Assembly: GCA_037133095.1 (NCBI GenBank)
Contig: JBAXOT010000008.1
Location: forward strand, 1,360-65,359
DNA length: 64,000 bases
Source: Actinomycetes bacterium
Lineage (GTDB): Bacteria; Actinomycetota; Actinomycetes; Nanopelagicales; Nanopelagicaceae
Direction of reading: 5' to 3'
Shown in pieces: positions 11,176-21,376 of the stretch (position 1 is its first letter; every line of letters starts with the position of its first letter). The notes beneath the pieces are model-generated. The model had not been told where the DNA came from. It did not search any database and was given only the letters and a program-made list of their open reading frames with translations. The translations under genes were made by a program, and so were the position numbers.

Positions 11176-12060
11176 GTGCAGGAACGTCATCCGCCGACCA
11201 TTTCACCTGAGGCCAGGGCTTTCGCAGTTGCTCAGGCATCTCGTGCCAGGCACGAACGCAGTGAAATCCGTAACCAGGTTCGCCGCAGCGAGATCTCCTT
11301 CTTCGATGCGATTGTTGATCCAAGACCCAGTATCCAAAAGATGCGGGTCATCGAACTTTTGGCGGCAATTCCCGGTGTAGGTCTGACTCGCGCGAAATCA
11401 ATCATGGCACGAGCCGAAGTATCTCCAGCGCGTAGAATTGGCGGACTTGGACGACACCAGATTGCATCCTTAAGAAAAGAGCAGTTGTTGCGAAAAACGA
11501 ACGAGAAATTTGGCTCACTCATTGTTATGTCTGGACCGGGTGGTGTTGGTAAAAGCACGATTGCTGCCGCACTTCGACGAGAGTCTCGGTTCTGGGTCAG
11601 TGTCTCCGCCACTACTCGACCACCACGACTGGGCGAGAGTGACGGCGTGGACTATTTTTTCCTCAGTGAAGAAGAATTTACTCGCCAGACAGTCGCCAAT
11701 GAATTTCTGGAGTGGGCGGAGTTTGCCGGAGCGCGCTATGGCACTCCTAAAGCAGCGGTGATTAGGGCGCGGCAGGAAGGTCGGGATGTCCTGTTAGAAA
11801 TAGATATCAGCGGCGCCAGGCAGGTTCGCAAATCGGATCCCACGGCCATCCTGGTCTTTATCTCCCCACCTTCGTGGCAAGAATTGGAAGATCGATTGGC
11901 TGGACGAGGAACCGACACGCCAGAGCGCCGTCAGGCAAGGTTGGATTTGGCGCGCTCAGAGATGGCTGCCGCCTCGGAATTTGACCATATTCTGATAAAT
12001 CACCGGGTCGAGCAGGTTCTGGCGGAACTGGTATCCTTGGCGACTTCGCCCAACGCGTGA
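11176..12060 (+). CDS. gmk: fusion protein: actinobacterial integration host factor (mIHF)-like N-domain plus guanylate kinase
   Basis: Residues ~8-105 look like mIHF (KMRVIELLAAIPGVGLTRAKSIMARAEVSPARRIGGLGRHQ). Residues ~113-294 are Gmk (P-loop GPGGVGKST). No stop codon separates the two parts. Confidence 0.85.
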   Translation: MQERHPPTISPEARAFAVAQASRARHERSEIRNQVRRSEISFFDAIVDPRPSIQKMRVIELLAAIPGVGLTRAKSIMARAEVSPARRIGGLGRHQIASLRKEQLLRKTNEKFGSLIVMSGPGGVGKSTIAAALRRESRFWVSVSATTRPPRLGESDGVDYFFLSEEEFTRQTVANEFLEWAEFAGARYGTPKAAVIRARQEGRDVLLEIDISGARQVRKSDPTAILVFISPPSWQELEDRLAGRGTDTPERRQARLDLARSEMAAASEFDHILINHRVEQVLAELVSLATSPNA

Positions 12061-12075
12061 CGAGAGGTTTCTCTA

Positions 12076-12345
12076 ATGACAACTATGGATGGCATCACTA
12101 ATCCACCTATCGACGAATTGTTGGACAAGGCTGGCTCAAAATATAGTTTGGTGCTTTATGCAGCCAAGCGTGCTCGCCAGATTAATGCCTATTACTCCCA
12201 GCTCGGAGAAGGTCTTTTGGAGTATGTCGGGCCACTTGTCGATACCTACGTCCACGAAAAGCCCCTCTCCATCGCGCTGCGAGAGATCAACGAAGGCCTA
12301 CTCACCATTGAAAATCTGGAACCAAAAAGTCCAGAAGTAGCCTAA
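12076..12345 (+). CDS. rpoZ: DNA-directed RNA polymerase subunit omega
   Basis: 89 aa with [17 protein letters not shown]. Conserved gmk-rpoZ order. Confidence 0.93.
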   Translation: MTTMDGITNPPIDELLDKAGSKYSLVLYAAKRARQINAYYSQLGEGLLEYVGPLVDTYVHEKPLSIALREINEGLLTIENLEPKSPEVA

Positions 12346-12361
12346 ACACTTACTGGCGGCT

Positions 12362-13543
12362 GTGGCGATGAATCGCGAGATTCTGCTTGGCGTTGGGGGC
12401 GGCATAGCCTCCTACAAATCCGCAGACCTCATTCGCCGATTGCGTGATCAGGGTTTTGAAGTGACGGTTATCCCCACCCAGAACAGTCTAAATTTTGTTG
12501 GGGTAGCAACCTGGGAAGCGCTTTCCGGTCAGCCGGTTTTGACGGATTTGTGGAATAACGTGCACCAGGTTCCGCATATCTCCTTTGCCAAGCGCGCCAA
12601 AGCCATAGTTATTGCGCCCGCGACCGCAAATCTAATCGCAAAAGTGGCGGCAGGTATTGCTGATGATTTTCTCACCACTTTAGTGCTCGCGTCTCCCGCG
12701 CCGCTCATTATGGTTCCCGCGATGCATCCCGAGATGTGGCTAAATGCGGCAACGCTGGCCAATGTGGCGCTCTTGCGCTCCCGAGGCGTCACCGTCCTAG
12801 AGCCGGATACCGGCAGACTTACAGGCGAAGATTCGGGTCCAGGTCGGTACCCGACAACTGCTCGCATCGTCACTGAGGTTTCGCGGGCTTTAATCGGCGA
12901 GCGGGATCTGTCGGGTGTCAAAATTTTGATTTCTGCGGGTGGAACTCGAGAAGCCATAGACCCAGTTCGATTCATCGGTAATCGGTCCTCAGGGATTCAA
13001 GGTTATGCCATCGCCGAGGCTGCATCCTTACGAGGAGCGCAGGTTTGTGTAATCAGCGCCAATGTGGCGTTGCCTGATCTTGTTGGAGTAGAAACTGTAA
13101 AAGTTGAAAGCGCGACTGAACTCGATACCGCTATGAAAGAGCGAGCAACCGCCTATCAAGTGGTAGTCATGTGCGCGGCTGTTGCAGATGCCAGACCCAA
13201 GTCGATATCACCGGCCAAAATTCCCAAGGCTGAGTACGCCTCGATTGAGTTGGTGCGAAATCCCGATATTCTCCAGGAACTCACATCTAATCGCAGACCA
13301 AATCAGATCTTTATCGGTTTTGCCGCCGAAACTGAAGGTGACTTGGCAGATCGCGGTCGGGCCAAAATGAGCGCTAAAGGCGCAGATTTACTCTACGTGA
13401 ACGGCGTTGCCGCGCAGAGAATTTTCGGAGAACAAGAGACCGACGGCTTCATCATCAGCGCTGACACTGTTACAAGCTTCTCTGGATCAAAGATGGAGTT
13501 GGCGAGCCAACTTTTAGATCGGGTCGTTGCTAAGTTAAGTTAG
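12362..13543 (+). CDS. coaBC: bifunctional phosphopantothenoylcysteine decarboxylase / phosphopantothenate-cysteine ligase
   Basis: 393 aa with an N-terminal flavoprotein domain ([11 protein letters not shown]) and a C-terminal CoaB domain. Confidence 0.93.
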   Translation: MAMNREILLGVGGGIASYKSADLIRRLRDQGFEVTVIPTQNSLNFVGVATWEALSGQPVLTDLWNNVHQVPHISFAKRAKAIVIAPATANLIAKVAAGIADDFLTTLVLASPAPLIMVPAMHPEMWLNAATLANVALLRSRGVTVLEPDTGRLTGEDSGPGRYPTTARIVTEVSRALIGERDLSGVKILISAGGTREAIDPVRFIGNRSSGIQGYAIAEAASLRGAQVCVISANVALPDLVGVETVKVESATELDTAMKERATAYQVVVMCAAVADARPKSISPAKIPKAEYASIELVRNPDILQELTSNRRPNQIFIGFAAETEGDLADRGRAKMSAKGADLLYVNGVAAQRIFGEQETDGFIISADTVTSFSGSKMELASQLLDRVVAKLS

Positions 13544-13547
13544 CCCA

Positions 13548-14741
13548 ATGACCAAGCGATTGTTTACATCGGAGTCCGTTACCGAAGGCCATCCAGACAA
13601 GATGGCGGATCAGATCTCTGATGCGATTTTGGATTCGCTGCTGTCGCAAGACCCACAAAGTAGAGTCGCTGCTGAAACCCTCATTACGACCGGCCAAGTT
13701 CACGTTGCTGGCGAAGTGACAACCAATGGGTATGCAGATGTGATGAGTATCGTCCGAGACACTGTTCTTCGGATTGGGTATGACTCTTCTGAAAAGGGAT
13801 TTGATGGAAATTCATGCGGTGTCTCGCTCTCCATCGGCCAGCAATCTCAAGATATTGCGCAAGGTGTGGATCGCGCGTTTGAGAGTCGCATCTCCTCCTC
13901 GGCCGATCCACTCGATGCGCAAGGCGCCGGAGATCAGGGATTGATGTTCGGATATGCCTGCGAAGACACTCCTGAACTCATGCCGCTGCCCATTGCACTG
14001 GCACATCGCCTGGCTCAACAACTGGCAAAGGTTCGCCAAGAGGAGCAGGTCGAATATTTGCGACCAGATGGAAAGACTCAAGTCACCATCGAATACGTTG
14101 GCGACAAGGCGATCGCACTCAATACCATTGTGATTTCTTCTCAACACTCACCCGACGTTGATTTAGTGGCCACGATGACTCCAGATTTAATCAACTTGGT
14201 CATTGATCCAGTTATTCGCGACCTCGAGATAGATATTTCGGACGTTCGATTTCTCATTAATCCAACTGGCCGTTTTGTTACCGGTGGTCCCATGGGTGAT
14301 GCGGGGTTGACTGGGCGAAAGATCATCGTCGATACCTACGGCGGAATGGCCAGACATGGCGGGGGAGCATTCTCCGGAAAGGATCCGTCCAAAGTGGATC
14401 GATCCGCCGCATACGCAATGCGATGGGTGGCAAAGAACGTGGTTGCGGCTGGTTTAGCTTCGCGTTGCGAAGTCCAAGTGGCATATGCGATTGGTAAAGC
14501 GCAACCAGTTGGTCTCTTTGTTGAAACTTTTGGTACCGAGAATGTTCCAAATAATCAGATAGTAAACGCCATTCGCGAAATTTTTGACCTCAGACCAGCA
14601 GCAATTATTCGCGATTTAGAGTTGCTTCGGCCAATCTATGGATTAACCAGTTCGTATGGTCACTTCGGCCGAGAACTTCCCGAATTCACTTGGGAGCGAG
14701 TTGATCGGGCACATGCGTTACAACAGGCAGTTAAAGGCTAG
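13548..14741 (+). CDS. metK: S-adenosylmethionine synthetase
   Basis: 397 aa with [13 protein letters not shown] and [12 protein letters not shown] motifs. Confidence 0.97.
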   Translation: MTKRLFTSESVTEGHPDKMADQISDAILDSLLSQDPQSRVAAETLITTGQVHVAGEVTTNGYADVMSIVRDTVLRIGYDSSEKGFDGNSCGVSLSIGQQSQDIAQGVDRAFESRISSSADPLDAQGAGDQGLMFGYACEDTPELMPLPIALAHRLAQQLAKVRQEEQVEYLRPDGKTQVTIEYVGDKAIALNTIVISSQHSPDVDLVATMTPDLINLVIDPVIRDLEIDISDVRFLINPTGRFVTGGPMGDAGLTGRKIIVDTYGGMARHGGGAFSGKDPSKVDRSAAYAMRWVAKNVVAAGLASRCEVQVAYAIGKAQPVGLFVETFGTENVPNNQIVNAIREIFDLRPAAIIRDLELLRPIYGLTSSYGHFGRELPEFTWERVDRAHALQQAVKG

Positions 14742-14747
14742 ACATCT

Positions 14748-16589
14748 GTGGCTGAAGTAAGGCCACTTCGTCTTAAGTCGCAGAAGTACGGCCCGAAACC
14801 ACAAGTAGCTGTTCACTTGCCTTACGCTCGAATTTTGGTTGACACCCCAGCATTTCATCTCGGGGATATTTTTGACTACCTCGTGCCCGAGTCATTGTCC
14901 CAAATCGTCTGTGTGGGCAGTCTAGTAAAGGTGCCATTCGGCTCCCAGATGCTGCCAGGCTATGTCTTGGAGCGAACAACCCAACCACAGGTCGGTTCAC
15001 AACTAAAATTAATAGATTCGATAATTTCGCCATTGCCTTTGTTGACTCCCGATCTTTTTTCACTGCTGACCGCTGCGGGACTTCGCTATGGCGTCAAACC
15101 TTGGGACTTGATACGAGGGGCGATACCAGAGCGCGTCGCAACTGTTGAGAAGGAGTTTGTGGCAACACATTTTTTATCCATGACTGGTGTAGAAAGTAAG
15201 AGCGTTCGAAGCGCAGCGGTCACCGACATCAATTCCGATATCTATTCACAGTTAGGTGCGTTGGTTATAGGCCGGCTTGGAAAGTCCAGAACGGTGATTG
15301 TTGTGCCTGATGAAAAATCACTTCGAAACTCTCAAGAGGCACTGGAGCGATTGGGAGTTGTAGGAATTCTGGTTTTGGGATCACATCTTCCGCGCGGCGA
15401 ACGTTATCGAAATTTTCTTAAAACCTACGATCCACAGTATGAAGTAATACTTGGTACTCGAAGTGCGATTTTTACCTCGATGCCGAAAGGGTCCACCATT
15501 ATCGTGCTGCGCGATAATGATGAGTCAATGTATGACCGAAGGTCGCCAGGATGGAATGTTCGAGACATTGCACTTTTGCGGACACAGGATCAATCTGTCA
15601 TCTTTCTTTCCCACAGCCCTTCTTTAGAAGTGTTGCGATTGATGGAGATTGGTTGGTTGACATCACCATCGAAACGCAATCGAAAAACGTTAAAAATTGT
15701 CAATGAAGGAGATCATCGCTCTCACCATCAGGTCATCGGCGACGGTTTGAAGAGAGGTTCAGTTCTAATTTCAGTTTCGGAACCTGGCTATGTTAATTCT
15801 TTTCTTTGCTCACAGTGTCGAAATAGAGCCGAGTGCTCCTGTGGGGGGCGATTGTTCTTTCCGCGCATGGGAGCGCTTCCGAAATGTTCCATCTGCGAGA
15901 AGGAATACCCGGATTGGAAATGCACGTGGTGCGCCGCCAGCAAACCTTGGATGATCAAGCGTGGCACTTCTAGATTGGCACTGGAGTATGGGCGAGCATT
16001 TCCCGGGATACACATATTGACCTCAACCGGGGAGAGACTTGTTCAGAACTTGCCCAACGGAAAATCGTTAGTCATCGCGACTTCAGGGTGCGAACCAGTG
16101 GGTAGGTATTCGGCGGCAGCGCTTTTGGATGGTGCCGTACTTTTCAATCGTACTCAGTTACGCAGCGACGAAGTTGCTCGCGAACGGTGGCTCAGCGCCC
16201 TTTCCTTGGTAGAAGAAGGAGGTGAGGCATTTATCTCGCTGCCACTGAATGATCCGGTAGCCCAAAGCATTCTGCGTGGCAATTACATTGCCCCTGCTGC
16301 CGTTGAGTTGGAGCACCGACGGAGTGCGCATTTGCCTCCGCACTATCGGGTGGCAGTTGTAGAGGCAGGCACTGCAAAGATCTCCGCGATTTATCGTGGT
16401 CTTGAGAACTCGCACCAGTTCGAAGTTACCCCACCCATTGCGTTGTCTCTGGATCGATACCGGTTAATCATCCGCTGTGACGTAAACCTTGGGGATGAAC
16501 TAGCCAGATTTACTCATGATCTGCAGCGGCATCAGAGTCTTAAGTCAGAGTCCGATCTATCGATTCGACTCGATCCCTACTCGATTTAG
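14748..16589 (+). CDS. priA: primosomal protein N' (PriA) homologue with degenerate ATPase motifs
   Basis: 613 aa. Has the PriA N-terminal 3'-DNA-binding region, the GTRSAIF motif and the Cys-rich insert (CSQC...CSC...CSIC...CTWC). Conserved metK-priA-def order. Confidence 0.85.
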   Translation: MAEVRPLRLKSQKYGPKPQVAVHLPYARILVDTPAFHLGDIFDYLVPESLSQIVCVGSLVKVPFGSQMLPGYVLERTTQPQVGSQLKLIDSIISPLPLLTPDLFSLLTAAGLRYGVKPWDLIRGAIPERVATVEKEFVATHFLSMTGVESKSVRSAAVTDINSDIYSQLGALVIGRLGKSRTVIVVPDEKSLRNSQEALERLGVVGILVLGSHLPRGERYRNFLKTYDPQYEVILGTRSAIFTSMPKGSTIIVLRDNDESMYDRRSPGWNVRDIALLRTQDQSVIFLSHSPSLEVLRLMEIGWLTSPSKRNRKTLKIVNEGDHRSHHQVIGDGLKRGSVLISVSEPGYVNSFLCSQCRNRAECSCGGRLFFPRMGALPKCSICEKEYPDWKCTWCAASKPWMIKRGTSRLALEYGRAFPGIHILTSTGERLVQNLPNGKSLVIATSGCEPVGRYSAAALLDGAVLFNRTQLRSDEVARERWLSALSLVEEGGEAFISLPLNDPVAQSILRGNYIAPAAVELEHRRSAHLPPHYRVAVVEAGTAKISAIYRGLENSHQFEVTPPIALSLDRYRLIIRCDVNLGDELARFTHDLQRHQSLKSESDLSIRLDPYSI

Positions 16590-16619
16590 GCGCGCAGCGA
16601 AAACCGATAGAATTCAGAG

Positions 16620-17180
16620 ATGTCCATCCAACCAATCCGTCTTTTCGGCGACCCAGTGCTCACCACACCTGCCGCGCCGGTAGAGACCTTTGACAAAGAG
16701 TTGCGGACTTTGGTGGCAGATTTAACCGAAACTATGTTCGAGGCTCCGGGAGCTGGCCTCGCAGCCCCCCAAATTGGCGTATCCCTACGGGTTTTTGTTT
16801 GGAACGTTGATGACGAAGTTGGCCATTTAATCAATCCAAGTTTGGATTTGAGTGAAGAGTTGCAAGAGGGGGATGAAGGTTGCCTTTCTTTTCCGGGCAT
16901 GTTGTATGAGACGCCACGTGCCTTTAAAGCCGTCGCCAAAGGTTTCAATATGCATGGCGAACCGATCGTTGTGGAGGGAACAGAACTTCTTGCTCGATGC
17001 TTGCAGCACGAAAATGATCACTTAGATGGGATTCTCTTTATTGATCGCTTGGTTAAATCCGAGCGTAAGCGCGCGATGAAAGAGATCCGCAACTCCGATT
17101 GGTTCGGCGTGGCTCAAGAATCGGGCCAGGAGCCGATCATTCGAACTTCACCGCATGCCATGAACGGCCTTGGGTTCTGA
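16620..17180 (+). CDS. def: peptide deformylase
   Basis: 186 aa with GAGLAAPQIG, EGCLSFPG and QHENDHLDG motifs. Confidence 0.96.
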   Translation: MSIQPIRLFGDPVLTTPAAPVETFDKELRTLVADLTETMFEAPGAGLAAPQIGVSLRVFVWNVDDEVGHLINPSLDLSEELQEGDEGCLSFPGMLYETPRAFKAVAKGFNMHGEPIVVEGTELLARCLQHENDHLDGILFIDRLVKSERKRAMKEIRNSDWFGVAQESGQEPIIRTSPHAMNGLGF

Positions 17181-17185
17181 AATAC

Positions 17186-18106
17186 GTGAATATATCTGTC
17201 GCTTCATCCTCAATGGTTTCCATCCCTGTCATAGCCGCAATCAGAAACTCCGAACACAATTTGGTGTCGGTTATCTCTAACCCGGATCGAAAGAGCGGGC
17301 GCGGCTTGAAATTGCTTCCAAATGACTTAGCTGCTTGGGCAGTTGCGGAGGGCCTGGAGGTTGCGAAGCCGGCGGACAACTCCGAACTAAACCGTCATCT
17401 CCTCTCGGCCCAGCCCCAGTTGATTGTCACTGTGGCTTATGGACGTTTGATTCCCGTTGAACTTCTCCATGGCCCGCGATTCGGGTGGCTAAATATTCAT
17501 TACTCCTTACTGCCACGCTGGCGGGGTGCGGCTCCAGTTCAGTGGTCGATCATGAGTGGAGATACGGAAACCGGAGTAACTATTTTCAAACTTGATAAGG
17601 GTATGGACACTGGTCCAATTTTTTTGCAGGAACGTACAGTGTTAGGCGAGGCTGAACGGACGGAAGAGGTGTTGGCACGTTTGAGTGAGAGTGCCGCAGA
17701 GTTATTGCCCGAAGTGTTAAGCATGATTACCAGTGGGATTAAACCTAAACCGCAGCCATTGGTGGGTTCAACTCTGGCGCCGAAGATTTCGAAAGAAATG
17801 GGCCGCATAGATTGGACCCGAGAGCGGGCAGACATTCTGCGCCTCGATTTAGCAATCGGAATCCAACCTGGAATATGGACAGAGATATTGGGCGAGCGAA
17901 TCGTTCTTCACAATTTGAGGGTTGAGGGTGCGTACACGGCAGGGGCGATCGCCGGTGAAATCTCCATGGCCGAGGACCGATTGATTATTCAGTCTGCATC
18001 GGGACCTATCGAAATAGCCGAAGTAACACCGGCCGGTAAGAAGCGCATGAGTGGCGGAGATTTCTATCGAGGGGCGAGATTTGCTCCAGGGACGCGTTGT
18101 GGATAA
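17186..18106 (+). CDS. fmt: methionyl-tRNA formyltransferase
   Basis: Track ORF is 17099..18106. The GTG at 17186 lies just after the def stop. Motifs NIHYSLLPRWRGAAP and the C-terminal domain are present. Confidence 0.9.
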   Translation: MNISVASSSMVSIPVIAAIRNSEHNLVSVISNPDRKSGRGLKLLPNDLAAWAVAEGLEVAKPADNSELNRHLLSAQPQLIVTVAYGRLIPVELLHGPRFGWLNIHYSLLPRWRGAAPVQWSIMSGDTETGVTIFKLDKGMDTGPIFLQERTVLGEAERTEEVLARLSESAAELLPEVLSMITSGIKPKPQPLVGSTLAPKISKEMGRIDWTRERADILRLDLAIGIQPGIWTEILGERIVLHNLRVEGAYTAGAIAGEISMAEDRLIIQSASGPIEIAEVTPAGKKRMSGGDFYRGARFAPGTRCG

Positions 18107-19463
18107 ATCCAGTTCAGCGCCAAGAAAACCAAGGCCTGATCAAGCGCGTCAACTGGCGTTTGCGCTTATCACTGATGTAAACCAGCACGGCGCATATGCC
18201 AATATTCGTATGCCGCAGTTGCTAACTGATTCCGGTTTAGATGTAAGAGATAAGGCGTTTGCCACTGAATTGGGATATGGCTGTCTACGCATGCAGGGTA
18301 AATACGATTTTGCGATTTCCGAAAAAATCGATCGCCCTTTCCTAGAAGTAGATCCAAAAATTATTGATCTCCTGCGAATGGGTTGCCATCAGATATTTGG
18401 AATGAGAGTACCTACTCATGCTGCTGTTAGCGCAACGGTAGAGCTAGCTCGAAAAGTAGCTGGGGAATCGAAGGCCTCTTACGTAAACGCGCTACTTCGT
18501 TCCATCAGCAGTGATGAAGAGTTGTTCAGTGACCTTGAGCAATCATCCAAATTTGAACCACTCACGAAGATCTCGGTGAAATATTCGCATCCAGAATGGG
18601 TCATATCCAGTTACCACGATGCCCTGAAGAACTGGGAGTCGGTGGAAGAACTTCTTGCGTTTAATAACATCCCGGTTGCACCGCATTTGGCAGCTTGGAA
18701 AGGCAAGTCAACTAAGGAAGAATTGATTGAAGCGGGCGCTACGGCACTGAATTTTTCTAGCTCTGCAGTACTTTCAACTGACCAGCCAAGTAACTACAAA
18801 GCCGTCAAGGAACGGCGGGCCGGTGTGCAAGATCTTGGTTCACAATTGGTGTCAGAGATCTTCTATGAGACCCGCAAAGTTGGTCATCCTCATTCCTGGC
18901 TCGACTTATGTGCCGGTCCAGGTGGCAAGGCGGCATGGCTTTTTAATGCATTGGCGACGGAGCGCCCGAATGATCGTTTCTTAGCAAACGAGCCAACTGA
19001 GCATCGCGCGGAATTAGTGGCTCGCGTTATTCCGAGACAAAATATCTCGCACCATGATGGCCGTGTATACGCAGAGTTTGATGAGAAATTCGATCGAATT
19101 CTGGTTGATGCTCCATGTACGGGTCTTGGTGCATTGCGTCGACGGCCTGAGGCGAGGTGGCGTAAGGCTGCCAAGGACCTTAAGGAACTGGTCGCCTTGC
19201 AACGAGAACTCCTTGATTGCGCCTATGAGATGCTCACTCCCGGCGGAATTCTGGGTTATGCCACATGCTCACCACATCTGGCCGAGACTTTGGGGCAGGT
19301 ACTAGATATGCAATACCGCCACAAAGAAGTGAAAATAATTCCCATCGATGCTGTATTCCCATTGCCGCCCGGCGCGCAATTGGCAAATGGCACCATGCAG
19401 TTATGGAGTCACAAGCATGGAACGGATTCCATGTTCTTGGCGCTGTTTCAGAAGCCTGAATAG
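18099..19463 (+). CDS. rsmB: 16S rRNA (cytosine967-C5)-methyltransferase RsmB/Sun
   Basis: Track ORF is 18051..19463. The GTG at 18099 overlaps the fmt stop by 8 nt. NusB-like N-domain, SAM motif DLCAGPGGK and catalytic TCS. Confidence 0.88.
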   Translation: MDKSSSAPRKPRPDQARQLAFALITDVNQHGAYANIRMPQLLTDSGLDVRDKAFATELGYGCLRMQGKYDFAISEKIDRPFLEVDPKIIDLLRMGCHQIFGMRVPTHAAVSATVELARKVAGESKASYVNALLRSISSDEELFSDLEQSSKFEPLTKISVKYSHPEWVISSYHDALKNWESVEELLAFNNIPVAPHLAAWKGKSTKEELIEAGATALNFSSSAVLSTDQPSNYKAVKERRAGVQDLGSQLVSEIFYETRKVGHPHSWLDLCAGPGGKAAWLFNALATERPNDRFLANEPTEHRAELVARVIPRQNISHHDGRVYAEFDEKFDRILVDAPCTGLGALRRRPEARWRKAAKDLKELVALQRELLDCAYEMLTPGGILGYATCSPHLAETLGQVLDMQYRHKEVKIIPIDAVFPLPPGAQLANGTMQLWSHKHGTDSMFLALFQKPE

Positions 19464-19475
19464 TACGATTTTGGA

Positions 19476-20141
19476 ATGACCACGTATCGAATCTGCCCGA
19501 GTATTCTCAACGCAGATCGAGATAACTTGCCGCAGGAAATTTCTCGCATTCAGGGCGCTTCGGACCTGCTCCATCTAGATGTGATGGACAATATTTTTGT
19601 CCCAAATTTCACATTCACCTTTGAAGAATCACAGGTCATCATCGCAAACTCACCATTGCCTGTTGATGTGCATCTGATGATTGCGAATCCAGATGAGATG
19701 GCAGGCGAGTATGCACGGGCTGGCGCCACAAGCGTCACGTTCCACTTGGAAGCCACCGAATCGCCACGGGAGATCATTGCCAAGGTTAAGAGTTTTGGTG
19801 CTCGCGTGGGTATTGGCATTAAACCTGCCACAGCTTTTGAGGCGGTCGAGCCATATCTTTCCGAAATTGACATGCTGCTCGTAATGACCGTGGAGCCGGG
19901 ATTCGGTGGGCAATCATTTATGTCGGCCATGATGCCAAAAGTTGCTCGGGCGCGTACCTACATAGATTTAGCTCCCGCGCCAAAGCCTTGGTTGCAAGTA
20001 GATGGCGGAATTTCCTTGGCGACCATCGCCGAGGCCGCGACCGCTGGCGCCGACACCTTCGTAGCTGGCAGTGCAGTATTCCAGTCACCGGATCCAGCCA
20101 AAATGATTGATTCGCTGAGAATTTGCCTCGCTGAACTATAA
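19476..20141 (+). CDS. rpe: ribulose-phosphate 3-epimerase
   Basis: 221 aa with HLDVMDNIFVPN and VEPGFGGQ motifs. Confidence 0.95.
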   Translation: MTTYRICPSILNADRDNLPQEISRIQGASDLLHLDVMDNIFVPNFTFTFEESQVIIANSPLPVDVHLMIANPDEMAGEYARAGATSVTFHLEATESPREIIAKVKSFGARVGIGIKPATAFEAVEPYLSEIDMLLVMTVEPGFGGQSFMSAMMPKVARARTYIDLAPAPKPWLQVDGGISLATIAEAATAGADTFVAGSAVFQSPDPAKMIDSLRICLAEL

Positions 20142-20174
20142 AAAGAGGCTAGAACCAATAATTCGTGCCAGAAT

Positions 20175-20383
20175 TGGCGCGTTCCGGGGGTCGGTGTAAA
20201 TCCGAACCGGCGGTTAAAGTCCGCGACCCGATTGAAGCCATCGATCGGTTGATGTGGTGAAACTCCACAACCGACAGTTAAAGTCTGGATAAAGGAGCAG
20301 AGCACGTTTGCCGTTGGCGATTCTCGCCTGGGGTGATCGTGCCTATTTCCCTTGGGATCGAATTTATTCACTTCGATTAGGGA
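20175..20383 (+). promoter_or_regulatory. FMN riboswitch (RFN element) with an SD-sequestering expression platform
   Basis: Aptamer ~20181-20298: GUUCCGGGGGUCGGUGUAAAUCCGAACCGGCGGUUAAAGUCCGCGACCCG...GGUGAAACUCCACAACCGACAGUUAAAGUCUGGAUAAAGGAGC matches the conserved RFN core; P1 pairs GUUCC with GGAGC. Downstream hairpin pairs TCCCT (20348-52) and ATCGA (20357-61) with TCGAT (20373-77) and AGGGA (20379-83), which occludes the SD. Confidence 0.88.
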
Positions 20384-20391
20384 TGGAACAT

Positions 20392-21081
20392 ATGTCAGTT
20401 CTGAAATGGCTCTTCGAAGCCCAGATTCACTTTGGATCAAAAACTATCTTGGTACGGGAAATAATCGGCGGGCTATTGGGCTTAGCAAGCGCCGTGCTTG
20501 GAATGCGTCGGAAAGTTGCGGCTTGGCCAATTGGCATCTTGGGCGATGGGCTGCTTTTCACAGTCTTCGCTGGCGCACTTTTCTCTTTTGGAAAGAAGGC
20601 AGATCATCCCGCGTTGTATGGGCAAGCCGGTCGAAATTTACTGCTCATTTTGGTCAGTTTTTATGGCTGGGTAATTTGGGCTCGAAACCGTCGTGGCGGG
20701 CAAAGTAAACCAGCAGTCGTGCCGCGGTGGACCACGACGAGAGAGAAAGCAGTTCTCCTTCCTCTCATCATTGTCGGATACTTCCTTTTCCTGGAATTAT
20801 TCAAGGCTCTTGGCGAGCGTTACTACGGACAATGGTTATATGTGGACACCTGGATTTTCACCGGGACGGCATTGGCGACCTATGCCATGAGCCGTGGCTT
20901 TGTGGAGTTTTGGTTGGTTTGGGTGGCCGTCGACATCGTCGGCGTGCCATTCGCCTTCGCACATGGAAATTATCCGACCGGAGTGCTGTATGGCATCTAC
21001 ATGCCTTTTGTTATCTGGGGATTTGTCTATTGGCTCCGGATCGAGCGCAAAGAGGAGAAAGTGCTCTCTTCGCTCGCGTGA
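20392..21081 (+). CDS. pnuX: PnuC-family transporter, riboflavin-type (PnuX/RibM-like)
   Basis: Track ORF is 20308..21081. The ATG at 20392 lies 8 nt after the AGGGA SD. Multi-pass membrane protein with PnuC-like W-rich helices. Sits directly behind an FMN riboswitch. Confidence 0.8.
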   Translation: MSVLKWLFEAQIHFGSKTILVREIIGGLLGLASAVLGMRRKVAAWPIGILGDGLLFTVFAGALFSFGKKADHPALYGQAGRNLLLILVSFYGWVIWARNRRGGQSKPAVVPRWTTTREKAVLLPLIIVGYFLFLELFKALGERYYGQWLYVDTWIFTGTALATYAMSRGFVEFWLVWVAVDIVGVPFAFAHGNYPTGVLYGIYMPFVIWGFVYWLRIERKEEKVLSSLA

Positions 21082-21100
21082 TGTCTAGTAACCTAGCCTG

Positions 21101-21364
21101 ATGAAATCCTTTGACTCTCTTTGGTCGCAGCTGCACCAAACAGCGCTCGAGCGGCCAGAGGGGTCAGGAACGATTAAGGCGCTTGATGCGGGCGTTCACG
21201 CCATAGGCAAGAAGATCGTCGAGGAGGCGGCCGAAGTCTGGATGGCGGCCGAATATCAAGATGATCAGGCATTGGCCCTGGAAATCAGTCAACTCCTCTA
21301 TCACTTGCAAGTTTTGATGATTGCACGAGGAATCAACATAGAGGATGTATATGGCCAGTTGTAA
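21101..21364 (+). CDS. hisE: phosphoribosyl-ATP pyrophosphatase
   Basis: 87 aa, MazG-like ([16 protein letters not shown]...LLYHLQVLM). Upstream of hisG. Confidence 0.92.
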   Translation: MKSFDSLWSQLHQTALERPEGSGTIKALDAGVHAIGKKIVEEAAEVWMAAEYQDDQALALEISQLLYHLQVLMIARGINIEDVYGQL

Positions 21365-21376
21365 CGGGGGAATCGG

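Noticed and set aside
19958-20440. 160-aa minus-strand ORF spanning the rpe 3' end, the FMN riboswitch and the pnuX 5' end.
   Set aside because: It is antisense to a canonical RFN aptamer and to two real genes and resembles no protein family. The riboswitch explains the sequence conservation better.
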